Source of the DNA: Bdellovibrionales bacterium
Lineage (GTDB): Bacteria; Bdellovibrionota; Bdellovibrionia; Bdellovibrionales; CAYMLA01
Direction: 5' to 3'
Length of the DNA: 64,000 nucleotides
Assembly: GCA_965217115.1 (NCBI GenBank)
Contig: OZ244239.1
Coordinates: forward strand, 1,920,001 to 1,984,000
Part shown: positions 40,883 through 51,474 of the stretch, one piece after another
Position numbering within the stretch: position 1 is the stretch's first letter
Layout of the letters: every line of letters begins with the position of its first letter
Made by a program: the position numbers and the translations under genes
Notes under the pieces: generated by a model
What the model was told of the DNA's origin: nothing
Database searches by the model: none
What the model saw: only the letters and a program-made list of their open reading frames with translations

Positions 40883-42901
40883 ATGAGACTCCGTTTTTGT
40901 TTAATTACCGTGTTAGTCCTATTTTTAACGTCCTGCTTTTCAACTCTAAGTAAGAAGAAGGGCGATTCTGTCACTTCTCAAAAATTAGTTTCTAGTGAAG
41001 AACTAAAATATGAGAGTGTGACTTCTTTGAAAAAAAAATGTCATAGCCTTATTCCTGGAGCTTGTCTGCTTTATGGGAAAAAGCTCTTAAAGAGAGGGAA
41101 ATGGAGACAGGCCAAGAGTGCCTTTTTTAAAATGTGCCGACGGGAAGATTCTGAGGGTTGTGCTCAGTATGTGTTACTTGTTTTACTGGAGAAGCAAACG
41201 AAAAGCTTAGATCGTTTGCACAAAATTATAGACAGTCATTGCGTGGGGGGAGCCAAAGAGTCTTGCTATGCCCAGGGAAAAATTTTCCTCTTACAAGAGA
41301 AGAAAGAAGAGGCAATGAGACTTTTTAAGGGAGCTTGTGAAGATGAATTGGCGGTGGCTTGTTTGGAATTGGGTAGAGGCTACAGGGAACAGAAAGAATT
41401 TAGTGATGCTCAGATTTGGTTAAATCGAGGCTGTGACTACGAAGAGCCGTTGGCTTGTTTAGAGCTTGCCGAAATTTATGAGAAAGAGAATAAAAAGAAG
41501 AGTGCCATTGATTTTTATGAAAAGGCTTGTGAGCAGGGGGGAGATGAAAACTGTTTGCAAATGAGCCTTTTTCATATTCGCATGGGTGAGAGAAAACTAG
41601 CTCAAAAGGAACTAACTATTTCATGCAGTGCGGGCTTTGTGAGAGCTTGTGCCTATTTAGGAAAGAGCCTTTTGGCGGACAATCAGCAATCAAGAGGTGA
41701 GAAAATATTAAATGAAGTCTGTGGGGAAAAAGAGGTTCTAGGGTGTTTATTCCGTGGAATCTCCTTGGAGAGCCAGGGCCTTGGACAGAGATCAATGGAG
41801 TTTTATGAGAAATCTTGTAAATTGAACAGTGATGAAGGCTGTCAGCTCTTTGCACGGGCCTTGTCGTTGAGTCGTGATAAGAAGATGGTGACGAAGCTAG
41901 AAGAGTTCTGTCAGCAGGGAAGAGAGAGCTTTTGTTTAGGTTTGGGAAAGTTCTTTGAGAATTTAGGGCAAAATGAAAGTGCTGTTCTTGAGTATGATAA
42001 AATTTGTCAGAGGGGTGTTTTTAAGGGATGTTTGCGAAAAGCTGTTGTTTTAGAGAGTCAGGGTAAGGACGATGGGGTTGAAAAGGTTTACCAGAGGGGT
42101 TGTCAAAACGGGGACCTTGAGGCTTGTTCTTATTTGGGGAATAGGTATGAGAAGTCTAAAGATGTGGGAATTGCTGAATCGTTTTATAGAAAGGCTTGTA
42201 ATAAAAAAATAGCGATTGGTTGTGCTTACTTGGCTCGTTTTTATGAGCGTAGGGGCAATAATGAAGAGACGCAGAAGTATTACTTATTGGGATGCAAAGA
42301 GGGGTATGGAGTTGGGTGTTACCACTTGAGTTTAATTTATGGGAAAAAGAAGAAAAAGAGAGAGTCTTTGTCCTATGCTAAGAAAGGTTGTTATTATGGT
42401 GACAGTCTTAGTTGTAACTTAGTTGCGTTGAATTTACAGAGCAAGGGGGAGCATCAGGAATCTTTAGAACTATTTGAGAGAAGTTGTGCTAAAAACAATC
42501 TGGAAGCTTGCCGAGAGTTGGGTAAAATATATGGTTTTTTAGGTGAAGTGAGTAAGGCGAAGGAAGTTCTGGAGAAATCTTGTTTGCAAGAAGACACCAT
42601 GGCATGTCAGTTTTTGGGTGAACTTTATTGGAAGAACAAGAAATTAGATCAAGCGGGAAAGTATTACAAGAAGGGTTGTGATAAGAAAGGAGCTGTAAGC
42701 TGTACGAAATTAGGAGATTACTATGAAAAGATTGATAAGTGGAAGAAGTCCCATAAACATTACCATGAGGGCTGTCAGTTAGGAGATGCCATTGGTTGTG
42801 TGAATTATGCAATTAACCTGCGTAGTGAAGGGAATAATAAGAAGGCCAAGAAGTATTTCAAAAAAGCTTGTGATTTGGGTGAGACAACTTACTGCCAATA
42901 G
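40883..42901 (+). CDS. Cys-rich Sel1-like repeat lipoprotein
   Basis: Lipobox LTSC; many KAC..G...AC..LG repeats of about 34 aa. Confidence 0.85.
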   Translation: MRLRFCLITVLVLFLTSCFSTLSKKKGDSVTSQKLVSSEELKYESVTSLKKKCHSLIPGACLLYGKKLLKRGKWRQAKSAFFKMCRREDSEGCAQYVLLVLLEKQTKSLDRLHKIIDSHCVGGAKESCYAQGKIFLLQEKKEEAMRLFKGACEDELAVACLELGRGYREQKEFSDAQIWLNRGCDYEEPLACLELAEIYEKENKKKSAIDFYEKACEQGGDENCLQMSLFHIRMGERKLAQKELTISCSAGFVRACAYLGKSLLADNQQSRGEKILNEVCGEKEVLGCLFRGISLESQGLGQRSMEFYEKSCKLNSDEGCQLFARALSLSRDKKMVTKLEEFCQQGRESFCLGLGKFFENLGQNESAVLEYDKICQRGVFKGCLRKAVVLESQGKDDGVEKVYQRGCQNGDLEACSYLGNRYEKSKDVGIAESFYRKACNKKIAIGCAYLARFYERRGNNEETQKYYLLGCKEGYGVGCYHLSLIYGKKKKKRESLSYAKKGCYYGDSLSCNLVALNLQSKGEHQESLELFERSCAKNNLEACRELGKIYGFLGEVSKAKEVLEKSCLQEDTMACQFLGELYWKNKKLDQAGKYYKKGCDKKGAVSCTKLGDYYEKIDKWKKSHKHYHEGCQLGDAIGCVNYAINLRSEGNNKKAKKYFKKACDLGETTYCQ

Positions 42902-42919
42902 AGAAAGTTTAAGAGAGGG

Positions 42920-43192
42920 TTAGCCTGTTTTTTCTGTTTTCTTGTAGGTTCCACGGCGATATTGCTGGAGATTGGGATAATCGCAGATTTTCTTAGAGAT
43001 CATTTCAATGACCTCTTCTCTAAGGTCTTGCTCGATTTCGTTTAATGCAGATTCAACGATACCTCCTTGCTGCATAAGAAGATATATGTATTCAGTCACG
43101 ACGTGATGGATGAGTTCCTGTTCATGGTCAAATTTTATTTGAGAAGAATGGATGTGTTTGTCAAAAATTTGATAAAGAGGATCGTCGTTCAT
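42920..43192 (-). CDS. Small hypothetical protein
   Basis: 90-aa ORF filling the gap between flanking genes. Confidence 0.6.
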   Translation of the reverse strand: MNDDPLYQIFDKHIHSSQIKFDHEQELIHHVVTEYIYLLMQQGGIVESALNEIEQDLREEVIEMISKKICDYPNLQQYRRGTYKKTEKTG

Positions 43193-43327
43193 TTGTCTAT
43201 TCTAACAAATATTTCCATTAAATGAAGGGCCAGGTAGGTTTTTATCTAAAAGCTGGCCTATGGTTTTTATTTTAATTTTTATTTGGTTTTGTGGCACTTT
43301 GAGGAGAAGTCCTTTATAATTAGTAAC

Positions 43328-44593
43328 ATGAAGCTATCATCACTTAATTTTTTAGAGTTAGAGCACTTTTGCTCACTAGCTCAATGTCTAGTAGACGGAC
43401 GTGTTCAAGAGGTGTGGACCAACCAAAGAGGAGTGGGGTTCTTTGTTTGGAAAACTCAAAAGAGCGCTTGGTTGTGGTTTGATTTAACCCCAAAAACTCC
43501 TTTTCCTGCCTTAATAGAATGCAAGAGACTTCCCTTTGTGAAGAAGATAAAGCCTTTGGGATTGTTTGTGAAATCTCATGTTGTGGGTAATAGTATTAAG
43601 CGTATTTATTGTAAAGAGAAAATGGGAAGAGTCATTTTTATAGAAGGAGATACTTTTTCCTTAGAAATCCGTTTATTCCCCCATGGGCAAAATTTAATTG
43701 TAAAAACAGCTGAAAAATCTATTAGTTGGCTTCGAGTTAAGGCTCTTAAAGGTGGCAGTTCTAAAGAGTTACAGATGGAAACCAGAGATCTACAAGAGCT
43801 TCAGGAAGTTTGGCTTAAATCTTTACGGGAAGAGAGAGGGGCAGGACAAGGTGTTGCTGGTAAAGACAAGAGCTTGTTATCGATTCTGAAGAGAGATCTC
43901 TTAAAAAAAGAAAAAGCTTTAGTGAAAATAAAAGAGAGCTTAGAAGAAAGATTGAGCAATGACTGGCTAATTTTGGGTAAGTTATTACAGGAAAAGCAGA
44001 GTTTGAACATTTCAGAAAAATGGAAGACATGGATTAATGAACAGGAGTCATTGTCGTTTAATATTCAAATGTGCTTTGAGAAGCATAAGAGTCAAAAGAA
44101 AAAAATCGTAGGAACTCGTGAGAGAATAGGGATGTTAAAAGATGAAATAAATCTGATAAAAAATAAAATAGAAAACTTTGATCTGAAGGGTAGTGAGAAT
44201 AACATTCAAATCGTTAAGAGCGAGAAAAGTTTCTTGCGTCAGGCCGAAGCTAAGGGGAAAAAGCTAGTTTTATCTCAAGGCAAAGAGGCTGTTATCGGAA
44301 AATCGGCTAGGGATAATTTGGCGATTTTGCGCAGAGCCAAGCCTTGGTTTCTTTGGGTGCATATTAAGGATAGTCCAGGGGCCTATGGAGTTGTACTTTG
44401 TCAGCGTAAGCAGGTGGTGACGGATGAGGAATTGCGGCAAGTTTGCCGTTGGTTGCTAAAAGAATCTAAGGAGAAGGGAGAGGGGAGCTTTGATTTCCTT
44501 ATAGCTGAATGTCGATACATCACTCCTATCAAGGGTGATCGAATTGGGCGTGTGACATATAAAAATGAGCGAGTAATTACGGTTGGTATTTAA
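43328..44593 (+). CDS. NFACT/RqcH-like protein with C-terminal NFACT-R (DUF814) domain
   Basis: IGKSARDN..I, LWVH.KD.PGAYG; central coiled coil; start set at MKLSS. Confidence 0.7.
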   Translation: MKLSSLNFLELEHFCSLAQCLVDGRVQEVWTNQRGVGFFVWKTQKSAWLWFDLTPKTPFPALIECKRLPFVKKIKPLGLFVKSHVVGNSIKRIYCKEKMGRVIFIEGDTFSLEIRLFPHGQNLIVKTAEKSISWLRVKALKGGSSKELQMETRDLQELQEVWLKSLREERGAGQGVAGKDKSLLSILKRDLLKKEKALVKIKESLEERLSNDWLILGKLLQEKQSLNISEKWKTWINEQESLSFNIQMCFEKHKSQKKKIVGTRERIGMLKDEINLIKNKIENFDLKGSENNIQIVKSEKSFLRQAEAKGKKLVLSQGKEAVIGKSARDNLAILRRAKPWFLWVHIKDSPGAYGVVLCQRKQVVTDEELRQVCRWLLKESKEKGEGSFDFLIAECRYITPIKGDRIGRVTYKNERVITVGI

Positions 44594-44672
44594 AAATACG
44601 GGGCATTTTTTCTTCAGTTGAGAAAGGCAAGAAAAGATAGACTTATACACAGTCGCTTAGTAGCATTTATGT

Positions 44673-45599
44673 ATGATCTGCGTGGAGAGGCTGAGTAAAT
44701 TTTACGGCAATTATAAGGCCTTGGACAGAGTGTCCTTTACGATCAAAGAAGGTTCTTTAGTGGGACTTCTTGGAGCTAACGGGGCTGGTAAAACGACATT
44801 AATGGATGTTCTTGCTGGAGTCACTCACTATCAAGAGGGGGCAGTGTCTATTGATGGAGAGATGGTTGGAGATAGCCTTTCGGTGAAAGAAAAACTAGGT
44901 TATCTTCCTGATCAACCGCCGCTGTATTTAGATATGACTGTTAGTAATTACTTGCGGTATGTTGGGATTTTAAAAAGAGTTACACCGGAAAGAATCAATC
45001 AGAGAGTTGAAGATGTTTTAGGAAAACTAGAACTAGAGGATTACGCTCAATGTATTATTGAAAAATTGTCAAAAGGGTATCGTCAACGGGTGGGAATTGC
45101 ACAAGCTCTGATAAATAATCCTAAGATTCTTATTCTGGATGAGCCGACGGTGGCCCTTGACCCTCGGCAAAGAGCGCAGGTGAAGGATCTAGTTAAATCT
45201 CTAAAGAGAGATCATACGATTTTGCTTTCTACGCATATTTTATCTGACGTAGAGGATATCTGTGATGAGGTGGTTTTAATTTCAGAGGGTAAATTAAAAA
45301 CAAGGGGTTCTCTGGAGTCGTTATCAAAGATTGATGATGGTGGAGAAACCATCTTCCATTTAAGTCTAAGCAGTGATGTAAAAGTTAAAGAGCTTTTTTT
45401 GATCGATGAAGTAAAAGATGTAAAGAAAATTTCTCAGAAAAAATGGCAAATTTCTTTTATGAAAAATGAAAACGAGAGATCGAGTGCTTCGGATCGCTAT
45501 TTAGAAATTTTAGCTCGTCATAGTTGGGGGATTCGTGAGTATGTTTGTGCATCTAAAAACCTAGAGAACCTTTTTTTTACAGATGAGAATGTAAAATGA
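44673..45599 (+). CDS. ABC transporter ATP-binding protein (GldA-like)
   Basis: GANGAGKTT, LSKGYRQR, LILDEPT, STH. Confidence 0.93.
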   Translation: MICVERLSKFYGNYKALDRVSFTIKEGSLVGLLGANGAGKTTLMDVLAGVTHYQEGAVSIDGEMVGDSLSVKEKLGYLPDQPPLYLDMTVSNYLRYVGILKRVTPERINQRVEDVLGKLELEDYAQCIIEKLSKGYRQRVGIAQALINNPKILILDEPTVALDPRQRAQVKDLVKSLKRDHTILLSTHILSDVEDICDEVVLISEGKLKTRGSLESLSKIDDGGETIFHLSLSSDVKVKELFLIDEVKDVKKISQKKWQISFMKNENERSSASDRYLEILARHSWGIREYVCASKNLENLFFTDENVK

Positions 45600-46363
45600 T
45601 CTTTGAAATATGGAAAAAAGAGATAAAATCGTTGTTTTTATCACCAGGGTTGTATGTTGTGTTTTCTCTTTGCGCATCATTGTTTAGTTGGAGATTCTTG
45701 ATTAACTTGCAATATTTTGCACAGAACTATCAGAATCAGGTTTTTCAACTAGGTCAGGCAAATTACTCTATGCATATTCATTTTGGATTGTTTGCAGGGC
45801 ATTTATCATACCTGAATTTGGTGTTTATTCTCTTTACCCCCGTTTTGACCATGAAATTATTGGCAGAAGAGAAAAGATCGGGAAGTTTAAAGTTGTTATT
45901 CTCCAGCCCAATTTCTTCGTGGCAAATTATTGGAGGTAAGTACTTGGCAGCAGTGACATTGATGTTCTGTGTGCTTCTTTTGTCTTTTTTATTTCCCCTT
46001 ATTTGCGTATTTTTTGCGGAAGTGGATTGGATTTTATTATTGGGATCTTATTTCGGTATGTTTCTTCTAGGGTGTTTGTATGTGGGTATAGGAATATTTA
46101 GTTCATCGTTAGGGTCATCGGTGATGGTGTCGTTAATTTTGGGAATTTTTCTCAATGTAATGGTTTGGTTTTTGGGTGTTAATGCAGAGATGGCTGACAG
46201 TCAATGGATACGGGAAGCTTTGCAACATTTATCTTTGAATTATCACATCTCGGGTATGATTCAGGGTGTGTTTCATCTAAGTGCTGTGGTCTTTTTTGCA
46301 AGTCTGACGGGGCTATTTTTACTATTGTCTGAGACATTTTTGCAATTTTTGAAGTGGAAGTAA
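45596..46363 (+). CDS. ABC-2 permease (GldF-like)
   Basis: Multiple TMs, LTMKLLAEEKRSGS, GKYLA. Confidence 0.88.
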   Translation: MIFEIWKKEIKSLFLSPGLYVVFSLCASLFSWRFLINLQYFAQNYQNQVFQLGQANYSMHIHFGLFAGHLSYLNLVFILFTPVLTMKLLAEEKRSGSLKLLFSSPISSWQIIGGKYLAAVTLMFCVLLLSFLFPLICVFFAEVDWILLLGSYFGMFLLGCLYVGIGIFSSSLGSSVMVSLILGIFLNVMVWFLGVNAEMADSQWIREALQHLSLNYHISGMIQGVFHLSAVVFFASLTGLFLLLSETFLQFLKWK

Positions 46364-46364
46364 A

Positions 46365-47903
46365 ATGGGCGGGTTATTAAAGGTTTATTCTATATTATTA
46401 CTCCTAAGTCTTTTGTCTTATGTTATGGGTCGGTACACTTTAGGCTATTTCATTCCTTTTTTCTGGTTGCCCATTGGCTTAAGTGCACTCCTCTTTGTTT
46501 TAATATTATTTCATCTGCGAGAGAAAATCGTATTGTTCTTTAGAATGAAATCAACTCACCATAGAGTAAGCGCAGGTAGTAAGCTGTTTTTGATTATGTG
46601 CTTTGTGGCTTTTTTGAATTTTTTATCGGTTCGCTACAATGTAAGTTATGATTTTTCGCCAGAACAGATGAATTCTTTGAGTGTGTCTTCTTTTGGAGTT
46701 TTGCAGAAATTAGAGGAACAGGCAAAAATCGTGTTCTTTTATCGTCAAGGTGAGCAGAAGAGCCAGGCTGAAAAGCACAAGTTTGTGAATTTAATGCGTA
46801 AATATCAGGATGTAACATCAAAATTAGAGGTCAATTTTGTTGAGGTGACAGAAAACCCAGATATAGCTAAACGTTTTGGAGTGGATAAGGGAGCAGGTGT
46901 TGTTTTTGTAGAATACAAAGGTCATCGGAGCCGTGTTGATCGAGTAGCAGAGGCTGATGTGACAAGTGCGTTGAACATTGTGACGGAGAGGGGGCCAAAG
47001 GAGAAGGTTTATTTTTTAACAGGCCATGGGGAAAAAGAAGATCAAGACCCTTCATCGTTAGATGGAATTAAATCATCTGTATACTTATTAGAGGGCAATG
47101 GCTATCTTCTTAAAAAACTGAGTTTAATCACAAAAACTCGTGTCCCAGAGGAGGTCAAGACGCTTTTTATTATTGGCCCTCAGGAAAGTTTTCTAGAGCA
47201 TGAGGTGGAGGCATTGATCAAATATGTGCAAAGGGGGGGGAGTCTGTTTTTAGCTTTGGATCATACTGTTGCCAGAGGTGTATCATCTTTAAAGCCATTG
47301 TTAAATTTTTTGGGTATCGAATATAAAAATCATTATGTTATTGGAATGACTCAAACATCTAATGGGTGGGCTTTGACACCGAAGCTGACGTTGGCGACAG
47401 CGTTTAATTCTCAGAACCCTTTAACCAGTGAATTTAAAGAGGGAGAGTATGCCGTTTTTCGCACTCCAGGGTCTTTAGTTATAAAAAAAGCTAAAACGAA
47501 CAAAGTAAAAAAGAGAGTCAGTACTTTATTGAGTACAGGGGTGGATGTTCGTGCTTTGGGCTCTTTGGATTTGAAGGGAATCCAGAAAAAAGGACCATTT
47601 TCTTTAGCTATGTTGATGAAATTAGGAAAAAGGGCATCTAAGGTTGTGGTGGTGGCTTCGAGTAGTTTTATGACCAATCAACTGTGGAGTCATGGCGTAA
47701 ACAGAGATTTTTTTCTTAAAGTAACTTCTTTTTTAACGGGCAGTAAGAATCAGGTGAAGGTAGAGCCTCCCCATTGGCGTTTGGGCAGATTTTCACTAAC
47801 TCCTGACGGGTTTAATCTTTATGCGTTGCTTTTTGCTGTGCCCTTACCTATTGTTTTATTAGGAATGGCTATTTTTCGTTACATACGTAGAAAAGGTATT
47901 TAG
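46365..47903 (+). CDS. GldG-family ABC auxiliary component
   Basis: YDFS...NSLS, VYFLTGHGE, GGSLF, N..F, C-terminal TM. Confidence 0.85.
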   Translation: MGGLLKVYSILLLLSLLSYVMGRYTLGYFIPFFWLPIGLSALLFVLILFHLREKIVLFFRMKSTHHRVSAGSKLFLIMCFVAFLNFLSVRYNVSYDFSPEQMNSLSVSSFGVLQKLEEQAKIVFFYRQGEQKSQAEKHKFVNLMRKYQDVTSKLEVNFVEVTENPDIAKRFGVDKGAGVVFVEYKGHRSRVDRVAEADVTSALNIVTERGPKEKVYFLTGHGEKEDQDPSSLDGIKSSVYLLEGNGYLLKKLSLITKTRVPEEVKTLFIIGPQESFLEHEVEALIKYVQRGGSLFLALDHTVARGVSSLKPLLNFLGIEYKNHYVIGMTQTSNGWALTPKLTLATAFNSQNPLTSEFKEGEYAVFRTPGSLVIKKAKTNKVKKRVSTLLSTGVDVRALGSLDLKGIQKKGPFSLAMLMKLGKRASKVVVVASSSFMTNQLWSHGVNRDFFLKVTSFLTGSKNQVKVEPPHWRLGRFSLTPDGFNLYALLFAVPLPIVLLGMAIFRYIRRKGI

Positions 47904-47911
47904 GGGAAAAA

Positions 47912-48934
47912 ATGGAAACATTGATTTCAAGATCACCGACACGAGTGGATTTATCGGGTGGGACGTTGGATATGTGGCCTATTTATACCTTTCTAGGAAT
48001 GGCTTGTACGGTGAATTTGGCCATTGATATTTGGACCGAAGCGCGATTAACTCCACAATTAGACTCACAGTCACGGTCTAAAAAAAACATTCGTATTATC
48101 TCCAATGATTTAAATTTAGATATGGCGTTCGCTTCTTTAGAGGATTTTTTTAAGAATGTTGACCCTCGTTTGTCTCTGTATCGACCTGTATTGGAGTATT
48201 GGAGGCCTGAATATGGGTTTACCTTGGAGACGAGTTCGCAAAGCCCCGTGGGGGGTGGGTTGGGTGGCAGCTCTTCTTTGATAATCAGTTTGTTGAAAGT
48301 TTTTAGTAAATGGTTGGGCAAAGAGAAGGGGATAAATTCTGATGTGGATTTTCTGGTGAGATTGGCTGCAAATATGGAAGCTCACTTGTTGGGAACACCG
48401 ACGGGGACGCAGGATTATTACCCTGCAATATCGGGTGGAATGAGTATTATACATTATGGAGTGGATGGTGTTGAGCAGAAGATATTGAAAAATGATTTAT
48501 CAGAGCTTCAGCAACATCTTGTTTTGGTTTATACTGGAAAGCCCCACCATTCAGGTTTAAATAACTGGGATGTATTGAAGAGGTTTGTTGAGAAAGAAAG
48601 TAAAACGATGATTGCTCTTGAAAAATTAAAAAATGTGTCTCAGCGTATGGCGGAGGCTTGTCAGTCTTCTAGTTGGGATAAACTACCTGGGCTTTTTAAT
48701 GAAGAGTATGAATGGCGTTTACAACTTTCTCCTGAGTTTGCGAGCGATGAAATTGAAAAATTAGGTCATTTGGTAAAAGATTTAGGAGTTAAAGGAATAA
48801 AGATTTGTGGAGCAGGGGGTGGTGGATGTGTTTTGCTTTATGTTCCTCTTGAAAAAAGAGAGACGGTTGTGGAAAATTGTGAAACTCATGGCTTTACTGT
48901 TTTACGAATGAATCCTGTGGGGGAGTTGAGTTAG
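47912..48934 (+). CDS. GHMP-family sugar kinase (HddA-like)
   Basis: PTRVDLSGGTLD, PVGGGLGGSSS, GTQDY, KICGAGGGG. Confidence 0.85.
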   Translation: METLISRSPTRVDLSGGTLDMWPIYTFLGMACTVNLAIDIWTEARLTPQLDSQSRSKKNIRIISNDLNLDMAFASLEDFFKNVDPRLSLYRPVLEYWRPEYGFTLETSSQSPVGGGLGGSSSLIISLLKVFSKWLGKEKGINSDVDFLVRLAANMEAHLLGTPTGTQDYYPAISGGMSIIHYGVDGVEQKILKNDLSELQQHLVLVYTGKPHHSGLNNWDVLKRFVEKESKTMIALEKLKNVSQRMAEACQSSSWDKLPGLFNEEYEWRLQLSPEFASDEIEKLGHLVKDLGVKGIKICGAGGGGCVLLYVPLEKRETVVENCETHGFTVLRMNPVGELS

Positions 48935-48936
48935 AC

Positions 48937-49770
48937 ATGTCAAAAAAGAAAAGCTCCCCACAGGTTGTGCGGTCCATTGGAATTTCGTTAGGAGGTGCTA
49001 AGAGCTTTCGAACCAATGTTGTTATTTTTGAGTTTTATCCTAGCCAAGATCAGGTTTTTCTTAAACAACTTTATTGTAACATCCGTGATGAGAAAGAGAT
49101 ATCTTCGGACAACCAGGTGCTAGAGATCATTAATAACGAGAAGAAAGTTGAGGCGGTGGTTTTTGATGTGCCTTTGAGTTTGCCTAAGGCTTTGCGTTGT
49201 GGGGTGAATTGTCCAGGGTATGATGTGTGCGACTGCACAGAGGTGGCTTGGATTCGTAGTTACTATGAAGAGAGAAATAAGAAAATGAGGCCTAAGAAGA
49301 ATTTTACACCCTATACTCAGAGAAGCTGTGATATTTACCTATCAACAGAGTTAGGGGAGAAGTTTAATATTCCAGATGCTTTGGGATCAAATTTAGCTCC
49401 TCTTACAGCAAGAGCGATGTATCTAAAAAACATGACATCATTGCCGTGTGAAGAGACATTTGCACGTGCTTCTTTGTGGCGATTGGGTAGAAATTTGAAA
49501 ATAAATAAATCCCATTTGAGATTTTATAAGCACGCTGTGATGGGCGATGAGAGCAGAGGTGCTATCCTCAAGAGCATAGAAAATAGCAAGATGGTTTTTA
49601 TCTACGAGCAAGACCGTAAAATGTTGATTGATAACCCCGGGTGTTTTGAAGCTTTTATCTGTGGCCTAGTGGGATATTTAAAATATCAAAGGCAATTACA
49701 GAAACGCCCTAAAGGCTTTCCTGGAAGGTCAGTTTGGCCTCTATTGCCTTCTGAGGTACTACCTTTGTAG
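48937..49770 (+). CDS. DUF429-like (RNase H-fold) protein
   Basis: IGISLGG, VFDVPL.LP, C-terminal EAFIC. Confidence 0.55.
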   Translation: MSKKKSSPQVVRSIGISLGGAKSFRTNVVIFEFYPSQDQVFLKQLYCNIRDEKEISSDNQVLEIINNEKKVEAVVFDVPLSLPKALRCGVNCPGYDVCDCTEVAWIRSYYEERNKKMRPKKNFTPYTQRSCDIYLSTELGEKFNIPDALGSNLAPLTARAMYLKNMTSLPCEETFARASLWRLGRNLKINKSHLRFYKHAVMGDESRGAILKSIENSKMVFIYEQDRKMLIDNPGCFEAFICGLVGYLKYQRQLQKRPKGFPGRSVWPLLPSEVLPL

Positions 49771-49851
49771 AGAATTTGAAGTATTTTTTTTGCATATTTC
49801 TTGGGCGTGAAGGTACTATATTATTTCGTTTAGAGTTGAGGGGAAATATTT

Positions 49852-50928
49852 ATGGCAAAATGGAGAGAGGTGGCAAATATTTCAGGAGATGTTGTGTTTT
49901 TTGATTATGTTACTAGTGGCAAGGGAAGAGGTGCAGAAGAGGTTTTTGTTTGGGATTTGGATAAAACATATTTAGACACTCGTTGGGGCTCATTAAAAGA
50001 GTTGTTAAGAACAGCGATGGAGCGAGCTTTTCAGAAGAAAAATATTCCAGGGACGAGTTCTCTCTTAAAAGCCTTAAGTCTAAGCTGGATTGAAGCACGA
50101 GGAGTGGATTATTTCCCTATTTATTTTATTACAGCCTCTCCTCCTCAAATAGAAAAGAAAATTAATCAAAAATTAATTTTAGATGGCATACAGCCTTTTG
50201 GATGTTTTTTTAAAGATAACCTACAGAATCTTCACCCGAAACGTATGTGGCGTTTAACGAATCAAGTTGGATATAAATTGCAAGCTCTACTGCAATTACG
50301 CTGTGAATTGCGTGAGGACGTGAGACAGATATTTTGGGGAGATGACAGTGAATCGGATGCGATTATTTATAATCTGTATTCAGATATTTGTTCCAGACGA
50401 CTCGATGACAAGGAGTTACGTTATATTTTAAAATCTTTACATGTGGTTGGTGAGCAGACGGAAAGTATTTTAAGATTACGTGAAAAAATCCCTAAACAGG
50501 ACCCCGTGGACAAGATATATATTAATTTGGCGACAGATACGGACCCTGATTATTATTTAAAGTTTGGTCGCCGTACGCTTCCGACGACAAACACTTTTCA
50601 AGCGGCGGTGGATTTATTTCAAGATGGTCGCTTAGGGGCTGAACAGGTTTTACATGTGGCTCAAGATATGAAGATGAATTATGGTTTTACAAATGAGGAG
50701 ATAGAGAGAAGCTTTGACGAGTTGGTACGTCGTCAGGTTTTGAGTCGTCCCAGTGCTGAGGGGTTGTTGCCTTATCTTCAGAAAGAAGGCTTTGTGCCTT
50801 TGGAGTATGAACACTCAGTTCAGCCTTTAGAAGTGCTGAAACAGGAAGGTGAAATGATCGTGGAGCTTGAAGGTGTTTTTGAACCGTGGGTTCCAGAGAG
50901 AATTGATTATTTGCATGATTATCGCTAA
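49852..50928 (+). CDS. HAD-superfamily phosphatase (App1/lipin-like)
   Basis: WDLDKT (DxDxT), FITASP, K, GDDSESD. Confidence 0.65.
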   Translation: MAKWREVANISGDVVFFDYVTSGKGRGAEEVFVWDLDKTYLDTRWGSLKELLRTAMERAFQKKNIPGTSSLLKALSLSWIEARGVDYFPIYFITASPPQIEKKINQKLILDGIQPFGCFFKDNLQNLHPKRMWRLTNQVGYKLQALLQLRCELREDVRQIFWGDDSESDAIIYNLYSDICSRRLDDKELRYILKSLHVVGEQTESILRLREKIPKQDPVDKIYINLATDTDPDYYLKFGRRTLPTTNTFQAAVDLFQDGRLGAEQVLHVAQDMKMNYGFTNEEIERSFDELVRRQVLSRPSAEGLLPYLQKEGFVPLEYEHSVQPLEVLKQEGEMIVELEGVFEPWVPERIDYLHDYR

Positions 50929-50936
50929 GGAAGTGT

Positions 50937-51278
50937 TTGATGTGGTTATTTATTGGTAAGATATTGGTAGCAGCTATTTTAATCAGTACTGTGTCTTGGC
51001 TATCAGGGAAAAAGACAGCGTTAGCAGGTTTTTTGGCGGCACTGCCTTTAACGACTCTGATTGCTTTGGCTTTTTCTCACATTGAGTGGGGGAATCAGAG
51101 ACAATCGGTGGAATTTGCTAAGAATATTTTTTTAGCAGTGCCTTTGTCACTGTTGTTTTTCCTTCCCTTTCTATTGGCTCAAAGATGGAACCTTAGTTTC
51201 TGGACTTGTTATGGGAGTGGAGTTTTTCTATTGGGAATAGGGTACTGTGTCCACTCCCACTTAGCACGGTCACTGTAA
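50937..51278 (+). CDS. Small membrane protein (DUF3147-like)
   Basis: Four TMs, AGFLAALPLTTL. Confidence 0.7.
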   Translation: MMWLFIGKILVAAILISTVSWLSGKKTALAGFLAALPLTTLIALAFSHIEWGNQRQSVEFAKNIFLAVPLSLLFFLPFLLAQRWNLSFWTCYGSGVFLLGIGYCVHSHLARSL

Positions 51279-51320
51279 TTCCGTAGTCAGGGCATAGAAT
51301 TTATAAGGTTTCCATATTGT

Positions 51321-51344
51321 GGTTCTTTGTGATAAATAGTGGAA
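51321..51344 (+). repeat. 24-bp direct repeat, copy 1
   Basis: GGTTCTTTGTGATAAATAGTGGAA, identical to 52038-52061. Confidence 0.9.
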
Positions 51345-51404
51345 TATAGTAATTCTAGCTACTTACCCTAAAGGTCGTTTTAAATAGCAAGCTCCTGAAA
51401 ACAC

Positions 51405-51435
51405 AAAAATGGCCTCCAAGGTAGGAAGCCATTTT
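51405..51435 (-). terminator. Rho-independent terminator of the 51475-51885 gene
   Basis: Minus strand AAAATGGCTTCC-TACCTT-GGAGGCCATTTTT. Confidence 0.7.
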
Positions 51436-51474
51436 AAAACTCTGAGTTTTGTGATTTTTAATTCGTCTCAGAAA

